Shown here one piece after another: positions 7,929 through 16,914 of a DNA stretch of 49,646 bases. The stretch is from the IMG/VR virus record IMGVR_UViG_3300005286_000490, positions 1-49,646 of that record. One strand, given 5' to 3'. Made by a program: the position numbers and the translations under genes. How positions within the stretch are numbered: the stretch's first letter is position 1; the number at the start of each line of letters is the position of its first letter. The notes beneath the pieces were generated by a model that was not told where the DNA came from, searched no databases, and worked only from the letters and a program-made list of their open reading frames with translations. This stretch comes from a virus (Duplodnaviria; Caudoviricetes).

Positions 7929-8339
7929 ATGACCTCGCTGCCAATCGACATGGCTTGCAATGACCCGGATAACGGCTTGTTCGCCGGCCGCGTCGAGCAG
8001 ATCAGCATCGGCAGCGCCTTCCTTGAGCTCACCATCCGGCGTGACCCGATCCGGCTCGTGGAGCTGCCAGACGGCCGCTTGCGCATCGCTCGGCGCGTGT
8101 TCCCCATCACCGCATCCGCCGAGTGGGTCGGGAACTGGTGCTGGAACAGGTACTGGCTGGATCTTGAGCAGGCGGTGAAGCTCCTCGTCTGGCTGCATCA
8201 GCGCCGTTTCTTCAACTGCGACGAGGGCGAGGAGCGCCTGTTCAACCTATGGCGCAAAGCCGCCCTGGAGGAGGCCGACGTGGGGCTGTTTCGGCGTCTC
8301 TTCGAGAAGGAAGCAATTCATATCGGGAGGGCGGCATGA
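7929..8339 (+). CDS. Hypothetical protein
   Basis: RBS GGAGG; Trp-rich WVGNWCWN. Confidence 0.7.
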   Translation: MTSLPIDMACNDPDNGLFAGRVEQISIGSAFLELTIRRDPIRLVELPDGRLRIARRVFPITASAEWVGNWCWNRYWLDLEQAVKLLVWLHQRRFFNCDEGEERLFNLWRKAALEEADVGLFRRLFEKEAIHIGRAA

Positions 8340-8341
8340 CG

Positions 8342-8884
8342 TCAGCCAACCGCCCGCAATCGCGCGATCTCGTCGTCCAGGCGCTCCTTGGACATCGCTA
8401 CGGCCTCGTATCGGCTCCGGATCAGCAGCAGGTGCGTATTCCAGCCGCTCTCGTCAGTGGGAGGCGCTTTGTCCATCGCGGCGAGCGACGCCATGCAGAA
8501 GACGTAGTTCTGAACGCAGACGAAGAGCGTCGCCGACGGCCACGTCGACAGCGGCTCTCGCAGCGCCTTCTTCAGGATGGCGCCCGTGTTGACCTGCTTG
8601 AGGACGCCCAAACTGGCCATCGCTTCGAACCATCGCTCCTGAGCGATCGCGTCCCCGACCGATCGGTGCGATTCCATGGTGAACCTCGCAGCGTCGCTGA
8701 TGGCGGTCAGGAAGTCTTCGCGCTTCGCCCGAGCCATCCGCAGCTCATGGCGTGCAGGTGCGCCGCCGGCCCAGATCGCAATGCCGATGCCCACGATGGC
8801 GCCGAGCGCCTGAAGCCAGGCAGCCAGACCGTTACGCGCCTCGATCCAGTCGAGCGCCTGCGTTCCAAAACAGCAGAGATCCAA
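8342..8884 (-). CDS. Hypothetical membrane protein (moron)
   Basis: N-terminal TM AAWLQALGAIVGIGIAIW; opposite to operon; start uncertain. Confidence 0.6.
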   Translation of the reverse strand: MDLCCFGTQALDWIEARNGLAAWLQALGAIVGIGIAIWAGGAPARHELRMARAKREDFLTAISDAARFTMESHRSVGDAIAQERWFEAMASLGVLKQVNTGAILKKALREPLSTWPSATLFVCVQNYVFCMASLAAMDKAPPTDESGWNTHLLLIRSRYEAVAMSKERLDDEIARLRAVG

Positions 8885-9331
8885 ATGCCCCGTGCCCCCG
8901 TGTTCCCCGAGTGCCTTGCCGCCGCCGTACTTGCTGCGGCGTTAATCTGCCTCGCTACCCCGGCCCTGGCGGACCCCTGCAAGGCGATCCCCGACAAGGG
9001 GCCGATGCCGGCGCACCTGCGGTCAGGCAAGACGTTCAGCGGCCCGGTAACCTACGTCGGCGACGGGGACAGCCTTTGCGTCCTCACTGGCCGCGGCCCT
9101 CAGACCTGGGTCGAAGTTCGCATCGCCGATTTCTACGCGCCCGAGCTGCACGCTCCTGGCGGACGAGAGGCAAAGGCCGCGCTCGAGCGCATCGCCAAGG
9201 GTAAGCGCGCCGTCTGCACAGCCGGCCGCCGCAGCTACGACCGTGTCGTCGCCACCTGCCGCATCGGCGGCGTCTCGATCGGCGAACTCATGCGCAGGGA
9301 AGGCATCAATGAGGGAGGGAATGGGCGATGA
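8885..9331 (+). CDS. Thermonuclease (SNase-like) with signal peptide
   Basis: GDGDSL, VRIADFYAPEL, SYDRVVATC; hydrophobic leader ending PALA. Confidence 0.85.
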   Translation: MPRAPVFPECLAAAVLAAALICLATPALADPCKAIPDKGPMPAHLRSGKTFSGPVTYVGDGDSLCVLTGRGPQTWVEVRIADFYAPELHAPGGREAKAALERIAKGKRAVCTAGRRSYDRVVATCRIGGVSIGELMRREGINEGGNGR

Positions 9332-9549
9332 TCGCGATCCGCACATCGGCCTGCAATGTGACGTTCGTGGCGGAGGGCTGCTCCGACCTGCCGGCGCGCC
9401 GCGACGTCGAGGACGGCGTTCCGGTTGTCTCGACCTACTGGATTCTCACCAAGGAGGAGCGGGCAGACATCGCCGCGGGCCTCCCCATCAAGCTCACCGT
9501 CGTTGGTACCGCTCCCCAGCCCGTTCGCCTGGAGGTCGATACGCTGTGA
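9328..9549 (+). CDS. Hypothetical protein
   Basis: Coupled at both ends. Confidence 0.65.
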   Translation: MIAIRTSACNVTFVAEGCSDLPARRDVEDGVPVVSTYWILTKEERADIAAGLPIKLTVVGTAPQPVRLEVDTL

Positions 9550-10763
9550 CCGCCACCAAACCCGAAACCCCCGAACAACGCCGCAAGCGCCTCAGTGACG
9601 AGGCGAAGGCCCGCGCCGCGGAGCAGAAGCGCCTCAGCGCCGAGTGGGAGCGCGAGCACAACGCAGGCCCAGGCGTGACCATGGTCTGCGGACAGGCATT
9701 GGTCAGCCCCAAGGCCCGCCCCGATCTTCCAGATGACCTCTGGGCCGAACTGCTGGAGCTGCAGGCGCGCGGCGGCGATCCCTCGGACTTCATCGCCCGC
9801 GCCGAGGCTCACATGGGCACGACCGACCTGCACAGGATCGACGCGAAGGAACGCGCAGGGATGTTCTCGCCGGCCGAGGCGGATGAAGCCAGGCGCACCC
9901 TTCGCGCCAGGATTTCGGCCGAGAAGCGCCGTCAGCTCCTGGATGAGAACAGGCGCGCCGCCAGCCTCGACGCCCCCCTGCGCGACCCTTCCTTCGTCCA
10001 GGCCATCGCGAAGGCCGAGGGCAAGCTCCTGACCGCCCAGAAGGAACTCGAGGAACTGCGCGCCGGCGATCCGAAGAAGAACCGCAAGGCGATCAAGCGG
10101 GCCGAGAACCAGGTGCGGTCGCTGGCGGAGGAGGTGGCGAAGCTGCAGACGATCGAGCGCGAGGCGTACGAGGCGATGGGGGAGGCGCGCGAACCGCTCC
10201 TGCGGGCCCTGCAGCGCGGCGAGTTCGTGCAGGCAAAGGTCGCCGAGACCGCCGACTTCGCTCGTGGGGAGCATGGGGAGCGGATCATCAATCGCGGCGG
10301 GCCGATGCGTGGTCTGCCGGCGCTGGTCTATAGCCGCGGGCTGCGGGCGAAGAAGCTCACCGGGATCCAGCACGCCTACGCGAAAGGATATCTCGGCGCC
10401 GGAACCGAGGCTGAGCGCAGGTATCAGACCGGCTGCCACTACGGCGAGGCCTACGAGATCGTCATGGGCATGACCTCGACGAACGGCGAGGGCGGGGGAG
10501 GGTTCGGACCGAAGGGGCCGCAGCCCCGCGTGATCGAGGCTGGACAGGACTTCCGAGACTTCCGCGCCGCGCTGACCGAGCGCCAAAAGGACGCGTTGGA
10601 CCAGGTATGTGGCCGGGGTCTCCGGGTCGGCCAGGCGGCCGCGGCCATGCGCGCCGACGTCCGCACGGTCGAACGTCTGCTCGTCTCAGGGTTGGATGCG
10701 GCTGGGCATTCGCTGGCGGCGGAGAGGGCGAAGCGCGCCGGACGGATGGACGAGGCGGCCTAA
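9546..10763 (+). CDS. Putative late transcription regulator (coiled coil + C-terminal sigma4-like HTH)
   Basis: Last early gene (Q-like position); LTERQKDALDQVCGRGLRVGQAAAAM...LVSGLD. Confidence 0.55.
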   Translation: MTATKPETPEQRRKRLSDEAKARAAEQKRLSAEWEREHNAGPGVTMVCGQALVSPKARPDLPDDLWAELLELQARGGDPSDFIARAEAHMGTTDLHRIDAKERAGMFSPAEADEARRTLRARISAEKRRQLLDENRRAASLDAPLRDPSFVQAIAKAEGKLLTAQKELEELRAGDPKKNRKAIKRAENQVRSLAEEVAKLQTIEREAYEAMGEAREPLLRALQRGEFVQAKVAETADFARGEHGERIINRGGPMRGLPALVYSRGLRAKKLTGIQHAYAKGYLGAGTEAERRYQTGCHYGEAYEIVMGMTSTNGEGGGGFGPKGPQPRVIEAGQDFRDFRAALTERQKDALDQVCGRGLRVGQAAAAMRADVRTVERLLVSGLDAAGHSLAAERAKRAGRMDEAA

Positions 10764-10768
10764 GCAAA

Positions 10769-11890
10769 TCAGGCACCGAAGTTCTTGTAGCGAAGCGCCT
10801 CGCAGGCACCATCGAGGCCTGGGAACAGGGCGCCAGCATTGATGCCCATCAGGTTTAGGTCGGAGAGCGCTTGCTGACGATCAGAAATGGGGAGGTCGAT
10901 CGGGGTTATGTACTGCTTCCCCCTCTCGACACCGCGCGCAATCAGATAGGTTTCGATGTCATCTATGTTTGTGATTGTCGCCGTTGCTTGCTGCGGCACC
11001 ATTCGAGGGTTTTCGATCGCCAAAAGTTCGATGATCGAGAAATGCGGGCGAGCGTAGGCGGTCGCGGAGCTTTGCAAATAATCTTCACGCCACGCCTTCG
11101 CGTCGAATGTGAAGATGCGGACACAATCTCGCTCCTCTCGCCGGTCAACTTTGGGGTTGAACGCAAAATAAGCAGCGACAAACGGCGAAAGCGTCCAGTC
11201 GAGTAATGGGGTAGGATATCCGTGGTGCTGGAGCAGGTTGTAAAAGGCTCCAGTTTGACTTGGCTCTCGACGATCGAACACGTGCTTCAGGCGAGAGCTC
11301 AGAGCGCGGCGAAGCTCGTCGACATCAACGTCTCGATAAATCGCGAGGTTCTTGCGGCAGGTCCTGTGGAATGAGGTCCGAAGTCGCCGGCGGTCAGATT
11401 GCCCGCGATAAAAGAAGCGGTTGGGCTCGACGGACCAGACAGTTTCCTTGAACTTATCCCACGACTTAATGCTGGCGCTCGGTACCAATTCCGAAGGTTG
11501 ATCGGCCCTGCTTTTGAGAAGCGTCCCGCCCCCGCTTGTGATTTCAGTTTTGAAGCTGAAGCTCAACCGACCATCGCCGTGAACTTCAAGTCGGACGTCG
11601 CCATACTCGGACAGCGTTACGCCTGGGTACTGCTCAGCAAGTATGGGCCTCGTGAGCCAGAACCCTGCCGCGGGGTCTACTGGAATGAGGGGGGCGTGCA
11701 GCAGTTCAAACACCGGCCCTCGGTCCCTTGGCTTTAGGCGCACGGCTGTTCCAGGAAGACTGATATCGTCGGGGAACAGGTAGGCAATCAAATCGAGGGT
11801 CGGGCCAAAGTCGTCGATCTCAACGACGGCCGTGCCAGGAACGTCGCCGTCGGCCCGGCCGATCCATTGGCCATCCATTTTGCTTAACAT
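10769..11890 (-). CDS. FRG domain protein
   Basis: FYRGQSD, LQHHGYPTPLLDWTLSPFVAAYFA, NPRMVPQQ, LFPGLDG; visibly lower GC. Confidence 0.9.
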   Translation of the reverse strand: MLSKMDGQWIGRADGDVPGTAVVEIDDFGPTLDLIAYLFPDDISLPGTAVRLKPRDRGPVFELLHAPLIPVDPAAGFWLTRPILAEQYPGVTLSEYGDVRLEVHGDGRLSFSFKTEITSGGGTLLKSRADQPSELVPSASIKSWDKFKETVWSVEPNRFFYRGQSDRRRLRTSFHRTCRKNLAIYRDVDVDELRRALSSRLKHVFDRREPSQTGAFYNLLQHHGYPTPLLDWTLSPFVAAYFAFNPKVDRREERDCVRIFTFDAKAWREDYLQSSATAYARPHFSIIELLAIENPRMVPQQATATITNIDDIETYLIARGVERGKQYITPIDLPISDRQQALSDLNLMGINAGALFPGLDGACEALRYKNFGA

Positions 11891-11961
11891 CGCACCCCCG
11901 CGCGTGACGCCGCATTTATAGACGTCCGGCAAGGCTCACGGCAATTGAAGCCGGTTGCTCC

Positions 11962-12141
11962 TCACTCCATCGGCGGCAGCCCATACGCCACCGCCGCGCA
12001 CGCAAGCTGGATGTACCGCGGAACCCGCGTCCGCCTCTCCAGCCGCCCATAGGTATCGACCGAAACACCGAGCCGCTCAGCCGCATCGCGGACCTTGAGC
12101 CGCATCCTCAGGCGCCATGCCTTCAACTGCGAACCAGTCAT
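11962..12141 (-). CDS. Small XRE-family HTH protein (59 aa)
   Basis: Manual translation MTGSQLKAWRLRMRLKVRDAAERLGVSVDTYGRLERRTRVPRYIQLACAAVAYGLPPME; not in ORF track. Confidence 0.8.
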   Translation of the reverse strand: MTGSQLKAWRLRMRLKVRDAAERLGVSVDTYGRLERRTRVPRYIQLACAAVAYGLPPME

Positions 12142-12318
12142 GAGAAGAGATTACGTTATTTTGCGGCAGAATGACGGGAATATACCGCATATTGCGGCAT
12201 TCTCGATCTCGACGCTCAAAATCGGCTTGCGAACCGACATGTTTTCGCAATCCTAAAGCGCAGATTGAGTTGGTGCGCTTGGGGCGCGGCCAACACTTCC
12301 AAAGTAGACGGTGGATAG

Positions 12319-12684
12319 ATGGCGGTCGGGCGCAAAACCGGCGGCCGGCAGAAAGGCACGCCGAACAAGGCGACAGCCCGCCGCGAGCGCGAGATCGCGA
12401 AGTCCGGCCTAACCCCTCTCGAATACATGCTGAAGGTCATGCGGAACGAAAAAGCCGATCCGGCGCGCCGTGACGACATGGCCAAGGCCGCTGCCCCCTA
12501 CGTTCACCCGAAGCTCGCCGCCGTTCAGCACACCGGCCGCAACGGAGGGCCGATCCAGCATGTCGACCTCACGAGCCTGACCAATGAACAATTGGAGCAG
12601 CTCGAAGGGATCTTCGGTCCCCTTGCCGCCGCCGAAGGAGATGATGGCGGCGATCCTGAGGGAGAGGGAGCGCAGGAGGGCTGA
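12319..12684 (+). CDS. terS: Terminase small subunit
   Basis: GRKTGGRQKGTPNK, AAPYVHPKL, TGRNGGPIQ; precedes large subunit. Confidence 0.8.
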   Translation: MAVGRKTGGRQKGTPNKATARREREIAKSGLTPLEYMLKVMRNEKADPARRDDMAKAAAPYVHPKLAAVQHTGRNGGPIQHVDLTSLTNEQLEQLEGIFGPLAAAEGDDGGDPEGEGAQEG

Positions 12685-14131
12685 GGCCGAGCGCGAGCGG
12701 GTTGCGCGAGACGCCGATGCGATCCGCGCCCGCTGCTCGACACTGGCCGGCTTCGTCAAAGAAGCCTGGCACGTCCTGGAGCCGACCAATCCGCTGAAGT
12801 GGTCCTGGCACCTGGACGCCATGTGCGCCCACCTCGAGGCGATCAGCTTCGGCCAGATGGAGCCGCGGCTGATCATCAACGTCCCGCCCGGGTCGTCGAA
12901 GTCGATGATCGTGTCGGTGCTCTGGCAGGCGTGGGAGTGGGGCCCGCTCGGAAAGGCGTCGCTGCGCTACCTGACGACCTCCTTCGAAGAGGAGAACGTC
13001 AAGCGCGACACGCGCAAGACGCGGGACCTGATCCGGTCCGAATGGTTCAGGGCGCTCTGGCCCGAAGTCGTGCTGACCAGGGCAGGGGAGACCTCTTTCG
13101 CCAGTTCGGCGACCGGCACCCGTGAGGGCGTTCCGTTCGCATCGATCACGGGTAAGCGCGGCGACCGCTTCGTCATCGACGACCCGCACAGCCTCGACGG
13201 CGCCGAGAGCGAGGCCGACCGCACCAAGGCGACGCGACGCTTCTTGGAAGGCGGCCTGAACCGGGTCAACGATCAGACCGCTTCGGCCATCGTCGTCGTC
13301 ATGCAGCGACTGCACGAGGCGGACCTCTCAGGCGTCCTGCTCTCGCGGCAGCTGGGGTTCGTGCACCTGCTGATCCCGATGGAGTTCGAGCTGGCGCGGC
13401 GATGCGTGACGCCGATCGGCTGGCAGGATCCACGGACCTATGACGGCGAGCTCATGGACCCGGTCCGGATGCCTCGTGAGGCTGTGGACCGCCTCAAGTC
13501 GGTGTCGGACTACTCCTGGGCCGGCCAGTACCAGCAGCGCCCTGTCCCTCGCGAAGGCGGCCTGTTCAAGCGGCACTGGTTCGAGGGCAAGATCATCAAG
13601 GCCGCGCCGGCTGGAACAGTCTGGTGGCGTCACTGGGACCTCGCGGCCTCGACCAAGAAGAGCTCTGCTCGGACGGCCGGCGTGAAGATGGGCCGCACGC
13701 CCGACGGAAAGTTCATCGTCGCCCACGTGATCAAGACCCAGGCCGAGGGCGCGCAGGTGCGCAGCCTCATCAAGTCGACGGCCGAGATTGACGGTTACGA
13801 GGTCGGTATCAGCCTGCCGCAGGACCCGGGCCAGGCCGGCAAGGTCCAGAAGTCCGACTTCATCGCACAACTCGCCGGCTGGAACGTCCGCGCAGAGCCA
13901 GAGACCGGCGACAAGTTCACCCGCGCCGAGCCCTTCGCGGCCCAGTGCGAAGGCGGGAACGTGTACCTCGTCGAGGGCGAGTGGAACTCGGACTACCTCG
14001 ACGAACTCTGCCTCTTCCCCGGCGGCACCTGGAAGGACCAGGTCGACGCCTCGTCGGGCGCGTTCGGCCGCCTCGTCAAACCAGCGGCGCCTAGAGCGCT
14101 CTTCGGCACCTACGGATCAGCAAGGGGGTAG
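12641..14131 (+). CDS. terL: Terminase large subunit
   Basis: INVPPGSSKS, VIDDPH, MQRLHEADL, WDLAA, DQVDASS. Confidence 0.95.
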   Translation: MMAAILRERERRRAEAERERVARDADAIRARCSTLAGFVKEAWHVLEPTNPLKWSWHLDAMCAHLEAISFGQMEPRLIINVPPGSSKSMIVSVLWQAWEWGPLGKASLRYLTTSFEEENVKRDTRKTRDLIRSEWFRALWPEVVLTRAGETSFASSATGTREGVPFASITGKRGDRFVIDDPHSLDGAESEADRTKATRRFLEGGLNRVNDQTASAIVVVMQRLHEADLSGVLLSRQLGFVHLLIPMEFELARRCVTPIGWQDPRTYDGELMDPVRMPREAVDRLKSVSDYSWAGQYQQRPVPREGGLFKRHWFEGKIIKAAPAGTVWWRHWDLAASTKKSSARTAGVKMGRTPDGKFIVAHVIKTQAEGAQVRSLIKSTAEIDGYEVGISLPQDPGQAGKVQKSDFIAQLAGWNVRAEPETGDKFTRAEPFAAQCEGGNVYLVEGEWNSDYLDELCLFPGGTWKDQVDASSGAFGRLVKPAAPRALFGTYGSARG

Positions 14132-14134
14132 TTC

Positions 14135-15667
14135 ATGGCGACGAACAGCCCCGACACCACGAGCTCCGACTATGACGCCATGGCGCCGTACTGGGCCATG
14201 GTCGCCACGATCCTCGAAGGCGCCGACGCGATGCGCGCCGCGGGGCAGCTCTACCTCCCGCAGTTCCCGAACGAGGCGAACCCCGACTACGAGTACCGGC
14301 GAGCGAACGCCAAGTTCACCAACATCTACGCCGACATCGTCGCGAACCTCGCCGCCAAGCCGTTCGCCGAGGAGGTCACGCTCGACGACAAGGCGCCCCA
14401 GAGGCTGAAAGACCTCGCCGAGGACATCGACGGCCGGGGCAACAACCTCCACAAGTTCGCCGGCGAGATCTTCTTCGGCGGGATCAACGATGCGATCGAC
14501 TGGATCCTCGTCGAATTCTCGCGGGCCAAGCCACGCGCCGACGGACGGCCCCTTACGCTGGAGGACGAGCGCAAGCAGGGCCTTCGTCCATACTGGGTCC
14601 ACATCCCGGCCACGCGGATGCTTGCGGTCTATTCCGCCGTCGTCGATGGCAAGGAGATCTTCACTCACGCCCGTATCCGCGAGACCGAGACCCGCCGCGA
14701 CGGCTTCGGCGAGGTCACGGTCGAGCGCGTCCGCGTTCTCAACCGCGAGCCCATCGTCGACGAGTCCGGCAATGTCGTCGCCTACGCCCCGGCGACCTTC
14801 GAGCTCTGGCAGAAGACGACGGGCCGGCGGGGAAAGGCGGCCTGGCAGATCGTCGACGGCGGACCCATCAGCATCGGCGTCATCGCCCTCGTGCCCTTCA
14901 TCACCGGCCGGCGCAAAGGGGCGTCGTGGCAGTTCATTCCGCCGATGCGAGATGCGGCCAACCTGCAGATCGAGCACTACCAGCAGGAGACCGCGCTCAA
15001 GTCGATCAAGGAGCTGACGGCCTTCCCGATGTTGGCCGCCAATGGTGTGCAGCCTGACGTCGATGCAGACCAGCAGCCCAAGCCCGTACCTGTCGGCCCT
15101 AAATCGGTGCTCTACGCCCCGCCGTTCAATTCGGAGGCCTCGTCTCACGGGGAATGGACCTTCATCGAGCCGACCGCGGCCTCACTGAAGTTCCTCGCCG
15201 AGGATGTGAAGAACACTGAGCAGCAGCTGCGCGAACTCGGCCGCCAGCCGCTGACGGCGCAGACCGGCAATCTGACCGTCGTCACCACAGCGTTCGCGGC
15301 GCAGAAGGGCAACTCGGCCGTGCAGGCTTGGGCGCTGAACCTGAAGGACGCGCTCGAGCAAGCCTTCGTGCTGACCTCGATGTGGCTGAACGAGCGCTAC
15401 GAGCCGACCGTCACCGTCTTCACCGACTTCAGCCTCGAAATGGGCGACGACAAGGGCCCGACGACGCTCACAGAGGCCCGCAAGAACGGCGACCTCTCCC
15501 GCGAGACCTACTGGGCTGAGCTCAAGCGCCGCAGCATCCTTTCCGGCGACTTCGACGCCAAGGCCGAGGAGCAGCGTCTCATCGAGGAGATGCCCGATCC
15601 GGACGACGACGAGGAGATCGAGGGCGCGCTCACCCCGCCGGCGAACGATCCGGAACTGGCCGCGTGA
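14135..15667 (+). CDS. Portal protein (DUF4055-like)
   Basis: Follows terminase; 510 aa; YLPQFPNE...YEYRRANA, DIDGRGNNL. Confidence 0.88.
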   Translation: MATNSPDTTSSDYDAMAPYWAMVATILEGADAMRAAGQLYLPQFPNEANPDYEYRRANAKFTNIYADIVANLAAKPFAEEVTLDDKAPQRLKDLAEDIDGRGNNLHKFAGEIFFGGINDAIDWILVEFSRAKPRADGRPLTLEDERKQGLRPYWVHIPATRMLAVYSAVVDGKEIFTHARIRETETRRDGFGEVTVERVRVLNREPIVDESGNVVAYAPATFELWQKTTGRRGKAAWQIVDGGPISIGVIALVPFITGRRKGASWQFIPPMRDAANLQIEHYQQETALKSIKELTAFPMLAANGVQPDVDADQQPKPVPVGPKSVLYAPPFNSEASSHGEWTFIEPTAASLKFLAEDVKNTEQQLRELGRQPLTAQTGNLTVVTTAFAAQKGNSAVQAWALNLKDALEQAFVLTSMWLNERYEPTVTVFTDFSLEMGDDKGPTTLTEARKNGDLSRETYWAELKRRSILSGDFDAKAEEQRLIEEMPDPDDDEEIEGALTPPANDPELAA

Positions 15668-16185
15668 TCTCCGAGACCGCCTTCATCCACCCGCTGGCCC
15701 ATGTCGCGGACTCGCTCGTCGGCGCCCGCACGAAGATATGGCAGTTCGCCTCCGTCACCGGCGGCACGGTTCTCGGCGAGGACTGCTCGGTCAGCCCCTC
15801 CGCGATGCTCCACGGTCCGCGCTTCGGCGACCGCTGCGTGATCAGCGGCGGGGTCATGATGGGGCCGGGCTTCGTGCTCGGAGACGACGTCTTCGTCGGG
15901 CCGAACGTGACGCTCTGCAATGACGTCTGGCCGCGCGCCGACAAGACCGGCTGGGATGCGGAGATGCTGCGCGACGGGCGCTGCGTGGCCGTGCGGGTAG
16001 GGGACGGAGCCAGCATCGGCGCCGGTGCGGTCATCCTGCCGGGCGTATCCATAGGCGAGGGCGCGATGGTCGCGGCATTGGCCGCCTGCGATCGCGATGT
16101 CCCGGCCGGACACCTGTTCCGGCGCGATGGCTCGATTGTCGAAATCAACACTGCCTGGACGAAACGGCGGATGCGCGCGGCTTAG
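15664..16185 (+). CDS. Hexapeptide-repeat sugar N-acyltransferase (WbpD/FdtC/WxcM-like)
   Basis: IHPLAHV, TKIWQF, GPNVTLCND, GASIGAGAVILPGVSIGEGAMV. Confidence 0.88.
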   Translation: MISETAFIHPLAHVADSLVGARTKIWQFASVTGGTVLGEDCSVSPSAMLHGPRFGDRCVISGGVMMGPGFVLGDDVFVGPNVTLCNDVWPRADKTGWDAEMLRDGRCVAVRVGDGASIGAGAVILPGVSIGEGAMVAALAACDRDVPAGHLFRRDGSIVEINTAWTKRRMRAA

Positions 16186-16269
16186 CCGAACTATGCTACA
16201 AATGCGGACCGGAGCGGCGTTGGAGCGCCATCCCCGGCCCTGACCACCCGAGTGTTGGAGCACATCGGA

Positions 16270-16914
16270 ATGGCTATCAAAGCGGTATGCAAGATCGAAG
16301 GCTGCAGCAAGCCTGCTGCAAAAGGCGGCTGGTGCAGCGGGCACTATCAGCGCTGGCGCCGGACAGGCCATCCCCAGCCGAAGGCCCCGCGCGTCGCCAA
16401 AGGTGAACCGCTCGCGTGGCTGGAGGCCAACGCGCTAACGGCAGCGGGTGATGAATGCCTGATTTATCCCTTTGGGCGCGACCCGAAAGGTTACGGAGTG
16501 GTAGGTGTCGGCGGCCGGAAGCGGAAGGCACACCAGTGGGTGTGCGAGCGGCTTCACGGGGCCGCGCCGACATCAAAGCACCAAGCTGCGCATTCGTGCG
16601 GGAACGGCAAAGCCGGATGCGTCTCCGGCGGGCACTTGCGCTGGGCGACCCCGACAGAGAACGCCGCCGACCGCGTCTCACATGGCGGATATGACTTCGT
16701 TCGTGGCCACGCTCACCGACGGTCGCGGCTGGTAGAGGCGGACGTCTTAGCCATCAGGCGGATGCAAGGCGCTGTGGGAGCGTCGGAGGTCGCGCGTCGG
16801 TATGACGTGACGACCGGCGCCATCTACGCAATCTGGAAGCGTGAAACATGGGCGTGGCTGACGGAGGTGGACGAAAGTGCTGACCGTCTGCACGCTCCTC
16901 TGGGGGGCAAATAG
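16270..16914 (+). CDS. HNH (His-Me finger) homing endonuclease 1
   Basis: N-terminal CKIEGC...CSGHYQRW; AAHSCGNG...CVSGGHLRWATPTEN; C-terminal HTH. Confidence 0.85.
   Translation: MAIKAVCKIEGCSKPAAKGGWCSGHYQRWRRTGHPQPKAPRVAKGEPLAWLEANALTAAGDECLIYPFGRDPKGYGVVGVGGRKRKAHQWVCERLHGAAPTSKHQAAHSCGNGKAGCVSGGHLRWATPTENAADRVSHGGYDFVRGHAHRRSRLVEADVLAIRRMQGAVGASEVARRYDVTTGAIYAIWKRETWAWLTEVDESADRLHAPLGGK

Noticed and set aside
8249-8335. 360-aa thermonuclease starting at 8249
   Set aside because: Start lies inside the upstream gene; the recognisable signal peptide and domain begin at 8885
16186-16914. Group I intron housing the HNH genes
   Set aside because: Flanking genes are intact and separate, and the non-coding flanks are too short for an intron core
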